Part shown: positions 11,650-35,500 of the stretch, piece by piece
Position numbering within the stretch: position 1 is the first letter of the stretch
Layout: the number at the start of each line of letters is the position of its first letter
Notes under the pieces: model-generated
Seen by the model: the letters and a program-made list of their open reading frames with translations, nothing else
What the model was told of the DNA's origin: nothing
Database searches by the model: none
Source of the DNA: Camelus ferus
Taxonomy: Eukaryota
Direction: 5' to 3'
DNA length: 64,000 nucleotides
Assembly (NCBI RefSeq): GCF_009834535.1
Contig: NC_045720.1
Span: 496,001 to 560,000 of the forward strand
Position numbers and translations under genes: made by a program

Positions 11650-12175
11650 GGCCTGCAGGGGAGAGGTGGCGGCCCTGGGACTTGATGGGCAGGGCAGGCT
11701 TGCTGGGACGCGGGGCCTGGGGCCTTTCTCCTGCCCTATCCTCTGGCCTGGCGTTTCTCTGAACAACCTAAGCCGAGGAAAAAGGGGGTGCCTACTGTGG
11801 TAACTAGAGGGTTCGTGGAGCAGGACTGCGCCACCAGGCGCGGCAACCCCAGCAGACACGGCCCCGGACCCTGGCGGCATGACTCAGGAGGCATTTCATA
11901 AATAACCCACATCCCCACACTCGCGCCTGGGCTAAGTGACGAAACTCTGTGTTTATAGAGTGGGACAAGGGGCAGGCAGCAGTCAGGGGAGGCGGGCGGC
12001 TGCTAGGAAGCTGCCTCGGCTCGCATCCCCTCTCCGGCTCGCGCCAGGCGACCACAACTCCCAGAGTCCCCCGCGCGCCCGCGGACTACAAATGGACACG
12101 TGCCCGGCCCTCGGGCCAGTTAGCGGCTGGGGGAGTGACGCTGCCGCGCGCTGCCGCCTAACCTAGAGGGCGCGC

Positions 12176-12327
12176 GCTGATTGGCGGCGCGGGCTAGCGC
12201 GCGGGCTACGGCGGCCGGCAGGGGGCGGTGGCGGCCGTCGGCCGAGGGTCCGGAGGCGGGGCCGCAGGTCTCGGGCGCTGAGTCCGGCAGGCCGCGACTC
12301 GGCCGCGGCAGGGTGCTGGCTGAGGCC
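12176..12327 (+). promoter_or_regulatory. DGAT1 core promoter / 5' UTR in a CpG island
   Basis: Inverted CCAAT at 12180-12184 and GC boxes near 12221 and 12255, immediately before the ATG. Confidence 0.65.
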
Positions 12328-21617
<9,290 letters not shown>

Positions 21618-21763
21618 GCCTGAGCTGCGCCCCCAAGGGCATGTGTGCTGGGACAGGGGCCTGGCTGGGCACTGCTGCCCCCTGGGCACAGGCCAGCGCG
21701 GGTGGTGGGGGGAATGCCTGTGCTCTGGAAACTGCTGATCCTGCCCAAGGGTCCGAAGGTGTC

Positions 21764-21769
21764 AATAAA
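21764..21769 (+). terminator. DGAT1 polyadenylation signal
   Basis: AATAAA ~150 nt after the expected stop codon. Confidence 0.7.
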
Positions 21770-23260
21770 GTGCTATCCAGAGGGACTCCCCTCATTCAGC
21801 TGGGGGAAAGGGCTGCTGGGAGGCGGGGCTGTGCCACGTGGGGCCCCACAGGACTCTGGGGGCCGCTGTTCTCAGGTGCCAGGAGACAGGCCCTCTTCCC
21901 TCCAGCTGTACTGTGGGAGGGGGTTTCTGGGTCCCCTCAACCTCCCCAGGGCCCATGAGGTAGGAGCTGCCAGGAGAGGGCAGTGGCTTGGTGCTGTGGG
22001 TGGGGTGCAGGGAGCAGGCACTGCAAGCCAGGCAGACCCCTGCACCGGCACACACCCTGGCGCCAGGGTGGCACCCTTACTGCCTCAGGAAGCTCTGTGG
22101 TCAGACATCCTGCTGCTGCCTGTTACTCCCCTGTGTGGGGCAGGGCCTCAGACCCTCAGGCACCTGTGCTGGAGAGTTGGAAGACAGTGCCTGGGGACTC
22201 CCCAGAAGCAGGCCTGAGCTTGGGGACGGGACTGACTTGAGAGGCCAGCAGACGCTCCAAGACAAGGCCACAGGGGTCGCAAAGGCAGAGCCACGCCCAG
22301 GGCCTTCACGTTGAGTTCCTGCCCGAGCACCAGGTGTCTGCACCTCCTGGGTGCTGCTGGCTTGAGGCCCCGGAGCCAGGAGGATCCCCAGCTCCCCTGG
22401 GCTAGAGCTATCTCCACCCTCAGTTTTCCTGGCACTGGGCTGGGCAGGCCACTCGAAGCAGCCTGCGTGTGTGGCCCTTAGGACACTTCGCTCCCAGGCT
22501 GTGCCACCTGGAGCCTGACAGAGGGAGGTAGGGGGCAGCCCTGGGCTCCTGTTCTCACCTCTGGTGGGTCTGCTGCCTGGGTCGAAAACGTCCGAGGCTG
22601 TGCTGGGCCAGCTGTGCCCTGACTGACAGTGCTGTCCCCGCCCCAACCAGAACCCGCCTGACCCCGAGGCCTCACCTCTTCTGGGTCCTGGCAGCATCTG
22701 GGGTAGGAATGCCGCCTAGAGGGTGCCCTTGGACCCCACAGTGTAGGCAGCACCCCGACCCCTCCTGCTGAGAGGGTGGTGAGCACTGGGTGAACTGGGG
22801 ACACAGGATGCTGGGGTGCGGTGCTTTGGCCTGACTCCTGCTCCTCCCCCACCCTTGGCTGCCTGACCCAGGAGGCAGGGCTGCACTCCCACTACCTTCC
22901 CTCCTGCCAGACCCCATGGCGCTGACCCCTTCCTGTCCCCAAAGCCAGCCCAGAGCCAGATGGCTCTGCTGGACAGGTGTATGTGGCACAGCCATTTGTG
23001 TCTCACCTGGTCCCCTCGTGTGGAAGCCCTGGTAACGGGGTTCTGTGACCCCTCCCGGTTCTTTAACCAACAATTCTGAGCACACATGGTCCAGTGGAGC
23101 CAGGTGGGCCCAGGGACACCGTGTGCAGCTGCCCTTCTCCAGGGAGGCTGCAGCCCAGACCTCTAGCCCCTTCTGAGACCCCGGGCCCCTCCTGGGCCTA
23201 GCCCGACCCGGCACCGCGGCAGGAGGAAACAGACGGGGAGGCCGCATACAGAGCCTGTCA

Positions 23261-23266
23261 TTTATA
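23261..23266 (-). terminator. Probable HSF1 variant poly(A) signal TATAAA
   Basis: Minus strand reads GAGATCTATAAA...ACAGGCTC, matching my recollection of the human HSF1 mRNA 3' end; ~300 nt after the stop. Confidence 0.5.
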
Positions 23267-23565
23267 GATCTCTGCCTGTCTCGTCCACCTGTCCGTGCGT
23301 CCGTCCGTGTATATATCTATGTCTCTACCTAAGGAGAAAGGGGAACTCTCATGTAAAAATCCAAAATACAATTCTGTGAACACCTGTGTACTGGTCAGTC
23401 CAAATGTGGCTGTGAAGCCCCAAGCAAGCCACGGCACACAGGACCTGGGTCCTTGGTGCTGACTGGGGCCACGCCCCGCCCTGCCCCAGGTTCCTGGCTC
23501 CCCTGAGACCAGCCCTGCACCAGGAGGGGTAGGGGACGGCACAGGCCGCCCCCTTCCTGGGGCCT

Positions 23566-26500
23566 CTAGGAGACAGTGGGGTCCTTGGCTTTGGGGGGCT
23601 CAGAGCCTGTCAGCAGGGAGATGGTGGGGTCATCTGCGTAGTCATCCCCCTCGGAGAAGTAGGAGCCCTCCCCCAGCTCGAAGAGCACCGGCAGGTCGCT
23701 GCTCCCCACGTCCACGGAGCCTGGGTCCACCAGGAGCAGGGGCTGGGCCGTGTAGTGCACCAGCTGCTTCCCTGTAGGGAGGGACCGGGTCAGGGTCTGG
23801 TGGGTGGGGACGAGGACAGGGTGGGTGGGTGGACTCAGCTCACATGAGTTAGGGCTCACCTGAGTCAGGGCTGCTGTTCTCTGCCTCGAGAGGCCTGGGG
23901 GGCTCCTGGGGAGAGAGGAGCTCCTGGATCTGCCAGGGCAGGAGGGAGCACAGTGAGGTTCCCTGCTAGCCCCCACCCCCCAGCCTGCCCGCTCTGCGTA
24001 CTCACACTGGCCAGGCTGCTGTCAAGGTCGGGCAGGCTCATGTCTGGCACGGTCACCGAGGGGCTGAACAGCTGCAGGGAAAGGAGGCCAGTCAGCTGGC
24101 ACCGTGAGCAGGGGAGGGTGCAGGTGCAGGCAGGGGCGGGACTCACATCCAGCAGGGCACTGGTGTCCACGCTGAAGCCGTGGCTGGTCAGCATGGTCTG
24201 CAGGTTGTCCAGGTTGGAGTCCATGGCGTCCAAGTGGTCACTGAGCTCCGTCCTGGCCAGGGTGAGTGAGGTAGGTGAAGGGGCACCCCAAGCACCCCTA
24301 CCCGGACACCTTCTTGTCGACGCTCACACCCATCTGCCAGAGAAGGGCTCCCCTCGGCCACAGCCCACCCTCTCGGGCTCATGGGGGGCTTCAAGATGGG
24401 GCCCCTTTGCACTTGCAGCAGGGCCCGGTGGGGCAGTGTCCACAGACAGGCCGGACACTTGGCCACTGGGGGGGAGTGGCTAAGGCCATGTGGGCCCGTC
24501 CTGTCACCGTGAGGCCCTGTAAGGCCTCTAACAGCGTATTAGGCTGGGCCAAAGTGGCGGGGGGGGGGGGCAAGGAGGGGTTTAGTGCTCAGATTGGGCT
24601 GGGGGCCCAGTTTTCCAGGCTTGACGAGGTCTTGCCTTTCTATCGGAAGACAGCAGGACAGGGAGAGTGTACTCAGCATGTGGTCAGCCAGCCTCTCCCT
24701 TGGTGCTTGCCAGGGAAGAGGCTGGGTTTGGGGGCTGTGACAGAGAAGGCCCAGTCCCACCCGGGGAGGGAACCAGTCAGCACAAGAGCTGGGCTGGCCT
24801 TCTCTGTCAGTCAGTGACTTGGGGCACTGGCTTGGGCCCTAGACCCGGGGGAGGCCAGTCCCTTCTGCAGAGGCCTTGAGATACCCATTCACCAGGCAGG
24901 GCTCAGTGCTCGTGGCCAGGCTGGGGTCTGGTCCGCGGCTGGGGAGGGGCCCGAGCTCTGGCGGAGCCCTCCTCCCTCCCCAGTGGGACAGCGCTAACCC
25001 TGGCTGGACTCGGCCATGCAGAGAGGAAGAGGGGCAGGGGAAGAGGCGGGCGACCCCAGACATCAGTGGAGCGCGAGCCAAACTGCAAGATACAAAGACA
25101 AGAGCCCCCCGATTGCAGGTGGGGGCCAGGCAGACTCCGTGCCCCCACCCTCGCTCGCCCACCTCTGGGGCAGCAGGACAGACACCAGGATCCAGCAGCC
25201 CATCACGGCAGATGGCAGCCCAGAGAGCAGGTGCGATAGGCCTGGCCACACAGCCTGGGCGCCTGTGGCAGAGGGACTGTGGGGCCACATGGTCAGCATC
25301 TGTTTCCCTCCCCAGCCCCAAGCACAGAGCTCAGGGCCACCGTGTGTCCAGCCCTCCAGGGCAGGCGTCAGAAGCCCAGCTGCGCGTCCAGAGACTTGTG
25401 GGCGAGTGGATGGCACTCACTTGTCCAGGCAGGCTACGCTGAGGCACTTCTCGGGGGCCGAGGCGGGCAGGGGAGAGGGGGGGCGGCCCCCCTCATCCAG
25501 GAGGGGAGTGGCCGAGGCAGGAGGGGCGGGCTCGCTCTCCCGCAGGATGGAGTCAATGAGGGCGGTCGGGGACAGCGGGGTGTCCACAACGGAGGATGGG
25601 TGCCCAGGACTGGCATCCTCTGCCCGGGGGCTCTGAGGTGGGCTAGGGGGCTCCTCCTTGACTCGAACCAGGGAGCTGCCGGACAGAGACCTGCACAAGG
25701 GAGACACACCTCAGCAGGGCCTCTGGCAGCCCCTCCCTCCTCCGGGTTTTGGGGAAGGTGGCCCCACCTCTCATCTCTGTTGGCGCCCGGGGAAGCCCCG
25801 GGGCTGCTGGGGCCCAGCTCAGTGATATCGGAGATGATGGGTCCGGAGCTGGCCACCGCGTCTGGGGCATAGAGACTGGAGCTGCTGTAGGCCGGGGATG
25901 GAGTCTGCCAGCAAAGGGAGGTGACCACATGTGGCGCAGGCCACAGCAGCACTGCCCCGCCCAGGCCAGCCCGCACCAGGCGCTCACCGAGTAGGGACCA
26001 GAGCCGTGGACGTGCTCCAGGGAGAACTGGCGGCCGAATTTGGGCACAGGGTGCGCAGGGCCACCATCACTGAGCATCAGGGGGCTGTGGGGAAGGGACG
26101 GGTCAGCGCTGCCCGGCCTGGTGGCACCCAGGACATGGCCACAGGGACGGGCAGCCCCGGTCCTCACATCTTTCTCTTCACCCCCAGGATCCGGTTGGAC
26201 TGCACCAGCGAGATGAGGAACTGGATGAGCTGAGGGAGGAGAGGTAGGTCAGCTGGGCCGTGGAGAAGACCCGCTGCCCGCCCCCCGGCCCCCCTCGCAC
26301 CTTGTTGACGACCTTCTGCTGCTGGGCGTGCTTCTGCCGCAAGCTGGCCACCTCCCGCCACAGGGCCTCGTTCTCGCTGCAACAGACCGGCGCAGTGGCT
26401 GGGGCTGAGGGGGCTCCGGGGACGCCCCCGCCCCGACATCTGGGCGGGTGCAGGCCTGAGTGACCACACATCAGCACGAGCCTGGCCGCTGGCCCGTTCC

Positions 26501-29500
26501 CACTCCAGGAGGGTGGGCTGTGCGATGGGCTGGGGGCCTGGCCAGGGCTCACTCTGCTGTCTTTCAGGGGGAGCCTACACCTCCGCACTGAGTAGTCAGG
26601 TGCGGGGTCGGCGGGGCCTGGCAGTGGGCAGGGCAGGGTGAGCCCCAGGACACATCCAGGTGGCAGAGCCTTGAGTGCTGCCCCACCCTCCACTGTCTCC
26701 TCCTTGACTGAGCCTGAGGACAGGAGGGAGGGCTGGGGGCCAGTGGCAGCCCAGCTCATCAGGCTGCAGGGGGCATGCAGGGATGTCCTATACCTTCAGG
26801 GGGCTCAGGGCACCTTGGGCCTAGGAGTGGCTAAGAGATGGACTTGAGAGGCAGGAAGGACCACCTGACCACTGTCCTCCCAAGCAGGTGAGCACGGTCC
26901 CGAGCAGCCCGTGGCCTGCCCCTCCAGTAGGCCGGCCCTGCAAAGCCCTGGCATGTCTTCCTGACAGGCAGTGGGCTCTCCTGGCCTCACCCTGACAGCT
27001 GTCCATGTCCTGGAGACCAAATTCAGCTGGCCCCGCCTCCAGGTTATCAGCCATTCCGTGGCTCCTGCTGGGTCCTAACGTGAGCACTTGGGGCCCAGGA
27101 GCCTCCTCCACGGTGCGGAGGACCTGCTCCACCAAGTGGCTTGGAGGTCGCCCTCAGGATTGGGGGTCCTGAGGCCCCCAGGACCCCAAGTATATGGGAG
27201 CAGACCTAAGCCAGCCTTCCTGCAGGTCCTGGCTGGGGATGGGGGCACAGAGCTGGTTATGTGGTGGCCAGCATGTTCCAGGGGCATGGGTTCCAGAAAA
27301 AACCTCAAGTGCTTCCTGCTCCAGGTCTGAGGTGGAGGCAGGCAGGGGACATGATGCCTGTGCTAGGTGACGGTGGGACTGTGGAGCCAGTGGGAGGAAC
27401 GGCACTGTAGGGATGCGAGAAGCCGGGCCACCTTGGTCTGTGGGGAGAGACTGGAGGCGGGATGCACATGCTCAGAAGGCAGCATGAGGAGCCCGAGGCT
27501 GTGGCCCTGCTCAGGCTCACTTCTGCCTGTTGTTGCGGGACGCGGATCAGACCCCACCTACTGGGAAACACAGCCCAGCATGGGCCCCGATGGGTGTGCG
27601 AGCCCAAACCTCAGTCTGGGGAGTGGAAGGCCCAAAGCACCTATTACAGAGACCGCAGGAGGCGGAGCTGCTGGGAAAAGGCCCTGCTGGTCCCTGCAGC
27701 ACCCCCGCCGATCAGCCCCCACTGCCGCGCCCAGGCGCCCAGGACCTACTGCTTCATGGCCAACAGTTTGGAGTCCATGCTCTCCTGCTTCCCCTTCATC
27801 AGCTGCACGTCAGTCAGCAGCTTGGTGACACTGTCCTGGCGAATCTTCACGTCCTCGCTCCGCAGGGTGGACACCTGGGTCCCCAGGGAGCAGTCACTGA
27901 GATGCCTCCCAGAGAGGGGGGCCTGGGACAGAACAGAGAGGGCCGAGGGGCTGCCAGCCCGGAGAGTGGCTGGTGGGGGAAGCGGCAGTGGGGAGTCCAC
28001 AACGGGTATGTGTGGAGGGTGGCCGGCAGGAAGAGGGCCAGTGCAGCCAGGCCAGGCCAGCGGGATGCCGAGTGGACGCTGCTCCCCTCACAGCCTGGAG
28101 GGAGGTCTGAGGATGTGGGGAGGGGGGCACGGCTACTCACACTGGTCACTTTCCTCTTGATGTTCTCAAGGAGCTGCTCCTGGCCACGCAGGAAGCAGGG
28201 GTGCTGGAACTCAGTGTCGTCCCTCTCTGGCTTGACCAGACCCCCCTGCTCAATGTGGACCACCTTCCGGAAGCCATCTGTGCACGACGGGATGGGGGCA
28301 GCTCTGCCTCAGGGCTAGAGAACCAGGCCCTCACTACAGCCCGGCCACTGGCCCCCGGTGGATGGGGGGAGGCTCCTGGCAGGGTGATGGTCATAGTGTA
28401 TGCAGCAGCGGCTGGGTGGTCTTGGTTCTAAGGGCGATCCCACAACCTCCATGACCCCCCCACCCCAGGCATGGGGCCATGTCTGGCTGGGGTTCAATGA
28501 GCTCTTCCTGGGGGCCCCAAGTTCAGGCCCGGGAGCCCGTTCTTCTACAGGCGTGCCAGGCTCCAGGCCACACCCTTGGCCAGCACCGGGATCCAAACCT
28601 GGTGGCCCTGCTGCCCCTCACCCAGACGAGGGGAATGTGTCGGTCCCGCCACCTGCCGCCCTGCGGGGTGAGGGCGGGGCACTCACACATGTTGAGCTGC
28701 CGCACGAAGCTGGCCATGTTGTTGTGCTTGAAGTACTTGGGCAGCACCTCCTTGGCGAACTGGCCCTGGTCAAACACGTGGAAGCTGTTCCCGCTCTGCC
28801 AGGAGACACGTCGGCGCGGGGGTCAGCGCAGCTGCAAGGGGCACGGCTGTGCACGCCCCTGCCCTGCAGGGCTGGGCTGGCGGGAGGCAGAGGGCACCTC
28901 AGGGACCACCAGCCAGACACACCTGGTCTCTGCCCCTTGGCCTGGATCCTTGCCGGAGGCCCTGCCAGGGTGCAGAGGTGCCTTCAGAAAGCACCACGGC
29001 ACTCCAGGCCCATCCCTTAAGGGGTCTCGTTTTAGCTTTAATCAGCACTTTTCCCCTAAGAACAGCCCAGAACCCAAATTAAGGCAGCCAAGAAAATGGA
29101 AACCTAATTTCAGTTACAACACAGTCGTGCAACTTCATTTTTCTTTTGGCCACAGAGATGAGAAACAGACTAAACAGGCCGTGACACTCCTCTTCCACTT
29201 TTTTCCTAACCACAGTCCAAAAGCTACCAGGCGGGTGACAAGGCTGACCTCTGGCCAGCAGGAGCCCGGGGACCTGGCTCAGGCTGCCGCAACATGATTA
29301 CCCTGTGAACCTGTCAAGGACACTGGGCACAGGCTCCCCTGTTGGAGAAGGGAGCCAGAGGACAGGGAGGTGCACTGGTGTGCACCCGGACGGAGCGATG
29401 CTTTTCAACACGGACGGAGATGTTGAAATCAACATGGATACAGATGCGCGAGGGAGGAGGGGGAGGAAGGACCTCTAGGACTTTTCCTCTTCCGAAGAAG

Positions 29501-32500
29501 CAATAAGAGAACTGGCAAAAAACGTCAGAGTCAACTCTCTCAGAACTCTGAAAACCAATGAGGGACGGCAGCGCGTGGGGAGAACTCACTCAGGGCCAAC
29601 GGCTGAGTCTCAGCAAGCCCAGCAAGCCCAGCAAGCCCAGCAAGCTGAGGCGTTTTAACTTGCCCGCCCCCACCCTGAGCTGTGAGACCGCAGCCGGACG
29701 GCGGGGAGCAGCGTTCTGGCAGCCATGGCCGAGAAGGCGGCCGGAGCTCTTGCAAGACCAGTGTGGTGGCTCCCTGGACGATTCCACATGCCAGGCTCTT
29801 TCTGTTTTGTCTGACCCAAAGCTCTCTTAATGTAAAGAGATTTTTCCCTCGCAACATTTGCAGAAAACATCTAGAGGTAATTTTAAAACTTGCCGCTGCC
29901 CGAGATGGTGGACACGGCTAGGGAAAAACAGGCCGACCAGGAAACACACAGGGAGGAGCTGGGGAGGGGCCTCAAGAGGGGCTCCAAAATACTCCTCGGG
30001 GCTCACAGTCACAGGCACACGCAGCGCTGTGCCAAGGTCTGGGCCCTCACCTCCGGCAGGACGTGGAGGGGAAAGTCCAGCACGTCAGCTGTCTGGCCGA
30101 GTGCCGAAGGCGTTCCCGACACACAGGGTGCCTCACGGAGACTGGGAGGCTTCTCAGTTCTAGGCTTTAAAAGACATTCCTGCTCCCATCACTCCCTGAC
30201 CCAACTCAGCTAACCGGGCAGAGACCTCAGGGACCACACACAACAAAGAACACAAACTGCCCAGAATTAGTTCAGAAAAGCCACTAAACAAACAAACAGC
30301 AAATACAAGAAACAGCAGCAAATCCTGGCGAGCAAAGCGAATCTGATACTGAGTTTAATAAATGACGCATATTAATGGAAAGCCCAATTTTCAACAAAAA
30401 TTTACGAGACATGCAAAGAAACAACATATGACCCACAGAAAGGAAAAAACCAACCAAGGGAAACTGTCCCTAAGGAAGCTGAGATGTTGGACTTACTAGA
30501 CAAAGACTTTAAAATCAGCTATTTGAAATACATTCAAAGAACAAAATGAAACAGCATCTGAAGAAGCAAAGGAAAGTGTGAGAATGTTTCACAGAATAGA
30601 GAATGACAACGACAGAAATTATAAATAGGAACCAAATCAAAATCATGGAGTTGAAAAGTGCAATGCCTCAGATTTAAAATTCACTGGGCGGGGTGGGGGC
30701 TAGAGAGCAGATCTGAGAATGAATAAGACGGAATCCGCGAACGTGAGGAAGACCGTCAAGCAAGATCACCCAGTCTGAGGAGCAGAAAGAGAAAAGCGTG
30801 AAGAAAAACGAACAGGCGTCAGAGACATGTGGGACACCACCAACGTATGCATGAAGGGGAGGAGGGAAAGGGACAGAAAGAACATCTGAAGAAATAATGG
30901 CCCCAAATTTCTCAAATTTGATGAAAAATATTCAGGAAGTTAAACAAATTCCAAGAAGGATAAACTCAAAGAGATTTATACCAGAAACTCCGTAATCAGA
31001 CCAAAGAAAGCAAAAGACCAAGAGAGAATCTTGAAAGCAAGAAAGCAGACTCATCATGTACAAGGAACCCTTAATCACAGCTACTTTCTCATCAGAAGCT
31101 GTGCAGACCAGAAGGCCATGGGACGACATGCTTACAAAAGTGCTGAAAGAACAAACCTGTCAACCAAGAATTCTGTATCTAGCAAAACTATCCTTTGAAG
31201 ATACAGGTATGGTTTCCACTGCTGGGATGGCAGCTGAAATCAAGAGAACCCCTCCCAGGCAAGACAGACAGAGCTTTTAAAAAACACCTGGAAAGTGTCC
31301 TATAGGCCTGTAACAAGTGAAGAAACACTTACTCAAGAAAACCCACTAAAGCTCTGCAGAAACAGTGGGTCGTTTTAGTCACAACCTGCTCCCCCTCCTT
31401 GCACCAGGTCTCCTGGGTTGAGGCCGAGACAATGGGGACCCTTCTCCCCCTTGTTTCCAATCAAGGTCTCCTGTATCTCACAGAGGGGCAGGCCGCCAGC
31501 ATCTCTCATCCTGTCCAACTTGCTGGTGAACAGACTAAATTCAGCCCCCACCCAAAGAACGGAGACTCCACCCCAGGTGTGGCAGGCTGAGCATACCAGG
31601 GCTCCGCTTACTCTCGCCCCAGCTGGCACGCAGGGCGGAGCGTCTGTGCTGGGAGAAGCCAGTCATGGAGTCCAGACGCTACGCTGCCCAGCCCAGTGCA
31701 CGAGCAGAGGCGCAGAGAATCTGTCTAGGGCTGGTGGTGGAGGGTGAAAGTCCAAGGGAAAGAGCTCCAGAGCACCTTCCTCGCAGAGACAGAGTAACAG
31801 AGTGCGGGAAAGTTCAAGCCCAAGGGTGCTCTTGAAATCAACAGCTCTTCTAAGTGGGAAATAATAAGCTGGCCAGCCCGTTCACACAAGGGACAGTGAA
31901 GAGCTCTCCTGGGGTCAGAGCGTAGCCCAAAGACTGACCTCAAAACATACCCCTGCCGAAATTTAACTGGCTCAAGCTGCAGAGTGATTTGCGCCTGAGG
32001 GCACTGCCAAGCACGAGCAACTCTAGCTACAGACTGGGCGTGACACCACACGGTGTGGGTGGCGGTGGTGTGTGAGCCGACAGAGAGGCCACGGTCAAGC
32101 CACCACGGCCAAGCCAGGTCACCAAACTAAACCAGCATGGGGGTGCGTGGGGGTGATCCACAAGCACTAGGCTATGTCACCCAAGACATAGTTTTTCAAC
32201 AAAATTCCAAGACACATAAAGAAACAATAAAGCGTGACACATACATGAGGAAAACAGAGGAAGCAGCAGAAATGGCCTGTGAGAGGGACAAGGTGTCAGA
32301 TTTAACCAAGACTTCAAAGAAGCCATTACAAGTGTGTTCAAAGAACTAAAGGAAGTCATGAAGTAAAGCAAAGCGAGACAACGTCCCCCGAGCAGAGAGT
32401 AACAGTGAAGAGGCAGCCGTCACGGAGGAGGCCCCCTGGACATTCTGCAGTCGAACAGACAACAGAGACGGAAAATCTACAAGGAGGGCTCAACGGCAGA

Positions 32501-35500
32501 TGTGACCTGGCAGGAGAAAACTCCTGAGAACTTGAAGAGAGATCCACAGAGATTACGAAAGCTGAAGAACAGGGAGAAAACAGAATAAGAAAGTGACAGC
32601 AGCCTCAAAGAAGTGCGGCGCGCCTCCACCTGCACCAGCACACGCGTGACCAGAGCACCACGGGGAAAGGAGGAGAAGGACCAGAACCGACATTCACAGA
32701 GACGAGGGTGCAAAACTCCCCAAACCTGCTACAGTGTTACAGATGTACGGCACGTCTCTCCATTTACTTAGGTCAACTTTGCTTTCTTTCATACGTGTTT
32801 TTAATAATTTTATTGTTTCTCCATACAGATCCCCACATGTTTAATTAGGTCTACATTTAAGCGCTTAATTTTTTTTGAGCAACTGTAAATGACATTTTAA
32901 AGAAATCAATTTCCTCTTGTTTGTTTCTAGTATGCAATCAACATAGAGTTCTTGTTGTGTTGATGTTGTATCTAGTGACCTTGCAAAACTAATTCTTTCG
33001 CCGTGGGAGTAATTTTTGTAGATTCATTAGGATTTTCTATGTCAACAATCTGTGAATAAGAACAGTTTTATCTCTTTCTAACATACATGCCTTAAATTTT
33101 TCTTGTTTTCACATACTGGATAGGATTTTCAGTACAATGTTGACTAGAACTGGTAAAAACAGACTTTGTTCTGATCTTAGGGGGAGAGCATTCACTGTCT
33201 CACCATTAAGTATGATATTAGGTATAGGTTTTTTGTAGGCCCTGTTTGGTATTTATCTTTTTAATATCACAAACATCAAATTTTGCTACATGCTTTTTCT
33301 GTATCAGATAATATGATCATGTGGTTTTATCTTCTTTAGGCTGTTCACATGGTGTGTTATATTGATTCTAAAGTGTTGAACCATCTTTGCATTCTTAGGG
33401 TAAATCCCACCTGGTGTGACATTATTCTTTGTACGCACTGCCAAGTTTGATTTGCTAAAATTCTATAGAAGACATTATGAAGGATATTGGTCTGTAGTTT
33501 TCTTGGACTGCTTTTGTATAATTTTGAAATCAAGGTAATGTTTGCCTCATAAAATGAAATGCAAAGGGTTCCCTCCTGAGGCTGTTGCCACCACCCAGAG
33601 GAACCTGGAAGCTGGTCCCACACCCCCAGCTGAGTCTTGAGATGACTGAGACCTCATGAGACCAGGATCAGCTTGCAGCTCTCAGAAACTGTGAGATAAC
33701 AAATGTTTCTTGTCTTAAGCAGTGAGTTTGAAGGTAATTAGTTACATAGCAATAGATAACCTATGAACATTTTGTGTTTTTTATACCATTGTAAACATTT
33801 CCATTTTCAATAGTCCATTGCTAGTCTGCAGAAATACAATTAAGTTTTATGCATGGACCTTGAATCCTGTGACCTCACCAAACTCATTTATTAGTTGTGA
33901 TAACTTTTTCTGTAGATTCTTTAGGGGCTTTCTAAGTAAATATGAATGTTTTCTACGAATAGAATTTTATTTCTTACTTTCCAGTCTTGATGTCTTTTAT
34001 CTACATATTTGCTACACTGCCTGAGCAGGGCATCCAACACGTCACTAAGGAGAAGCAGCGGGAGCAGGCATCCTCGCCTTCCTTTCCAGTCTCGGGGTCT
34101 GTGCTCAGGTCTCCAGTACCGAGTACAATGCTAGCAAGAGGGGTTTTGGTACATGGTTTTCATTAGACTGAGGAATTCCCCTTCTTAGTTTACTCAGCTT
34201 CTATCATGAAATGGATGTTGAATTCTGTCACGTGCTCCGTCCATCTCTGTTGAGAGGACCACATGGCTTGTCCTCTCTGCTCTGCTGACGAGGTGAGTGG
34301 TACCAGGCGATGGATGGTGGCGACTTCTGTCTGCAGAACTCGTGGTCTTGGGCCTCACCCTGCCTCTGATGATAAGTCAGTAGCATTCTTATCTTGGCTT
34401 TTCCATGTGCATTTTCCCTCTTTTCCTGGCTGCTTTTAAGATTGTCTCTTCATCACTCATTTTCAGCAGATTATACTGATGAGTTTTGGTTTCTTGTGCT
34501 TTATCCTCCTTGGGAGTCACTGAAATTCCTGGATCTGTGGGTTTACAGCTTTCAAAAAAAAAAAAAAAAAACTGGGGAAAATTTCTAAAATTCTATTTCT
34601 AAAATTCTCCTCCGTCCTTTACTCTGGAACTTAAATTGTGTCTGACACTCCATGCTTTCACCCCTGCAGCCTCTGCACTTTTTTTTGTCTTTTTTCCTCT
34701 GTGGTCACTCTGGATAGTTTCTACTGCTAGTCTAGTTCAGTGACCTTTTCCCCTGCAGTTTCTTTTTTGGATTAAACTAGCTCTTTATGCTTATATAGCC
34801 CACAACCCAGACAGCCTATTGGGAAAATGTCACAAAGGCTTCAAGGACACAGAGCTTCTTAAAATATTTCTCCTCTTCCCTTCATGTTTTCAGTCTGCAA
34901 GCTAAACTAGATAATATACAGTGTCTACAGAAAAAAAAAACCAAACACCTAAACAAAATAAAAATACTTCCCAAGGCAGAGTTCTGCACAGAATTCCTAA
35001 TAATTCAAATCTTCCAACTTTAGTGACCACTGAGAGTAGTCTGGTCGGCTTTGCAGGGGAAGCGCATCAAGGGACAGGCTGAAGGAGCGCAGGTCCCCAT
35101 CCCCCCAGGGACCACTAATGCCTCCAATGGCCTTGGTCATCTACTGTGACTTTAATCCCAAGCACCCTGGGGCCCTGGCGGTGCCCGTCCTGTGCACACG
35201 CAGCGCTGTGGCCTGAGCGTGGTCGGCTCCATGCTGAAGGGCTCCAGGCGCGGCCTCAGGCACTGTCTGGTCGATGCCCACATGGACGTGGTGCAGGACA
35301 GCTGATGTCTCGCTGACCTTCTGGATCTGCTCCACATACTTGGTGTATCTTTTCCGGTGCTCTTGCATGAAGCTAAAGAGAGTTTCACAGACAGATCCAT
35401 CTCTGATTCATTTAACCAAAGGGTTCTGGTCAAAAGCACTGGCCTCTGCACACTGATGGGGGTGGTCCTGACAATGGAGGAAGGGCTGCAACACCTGCTG

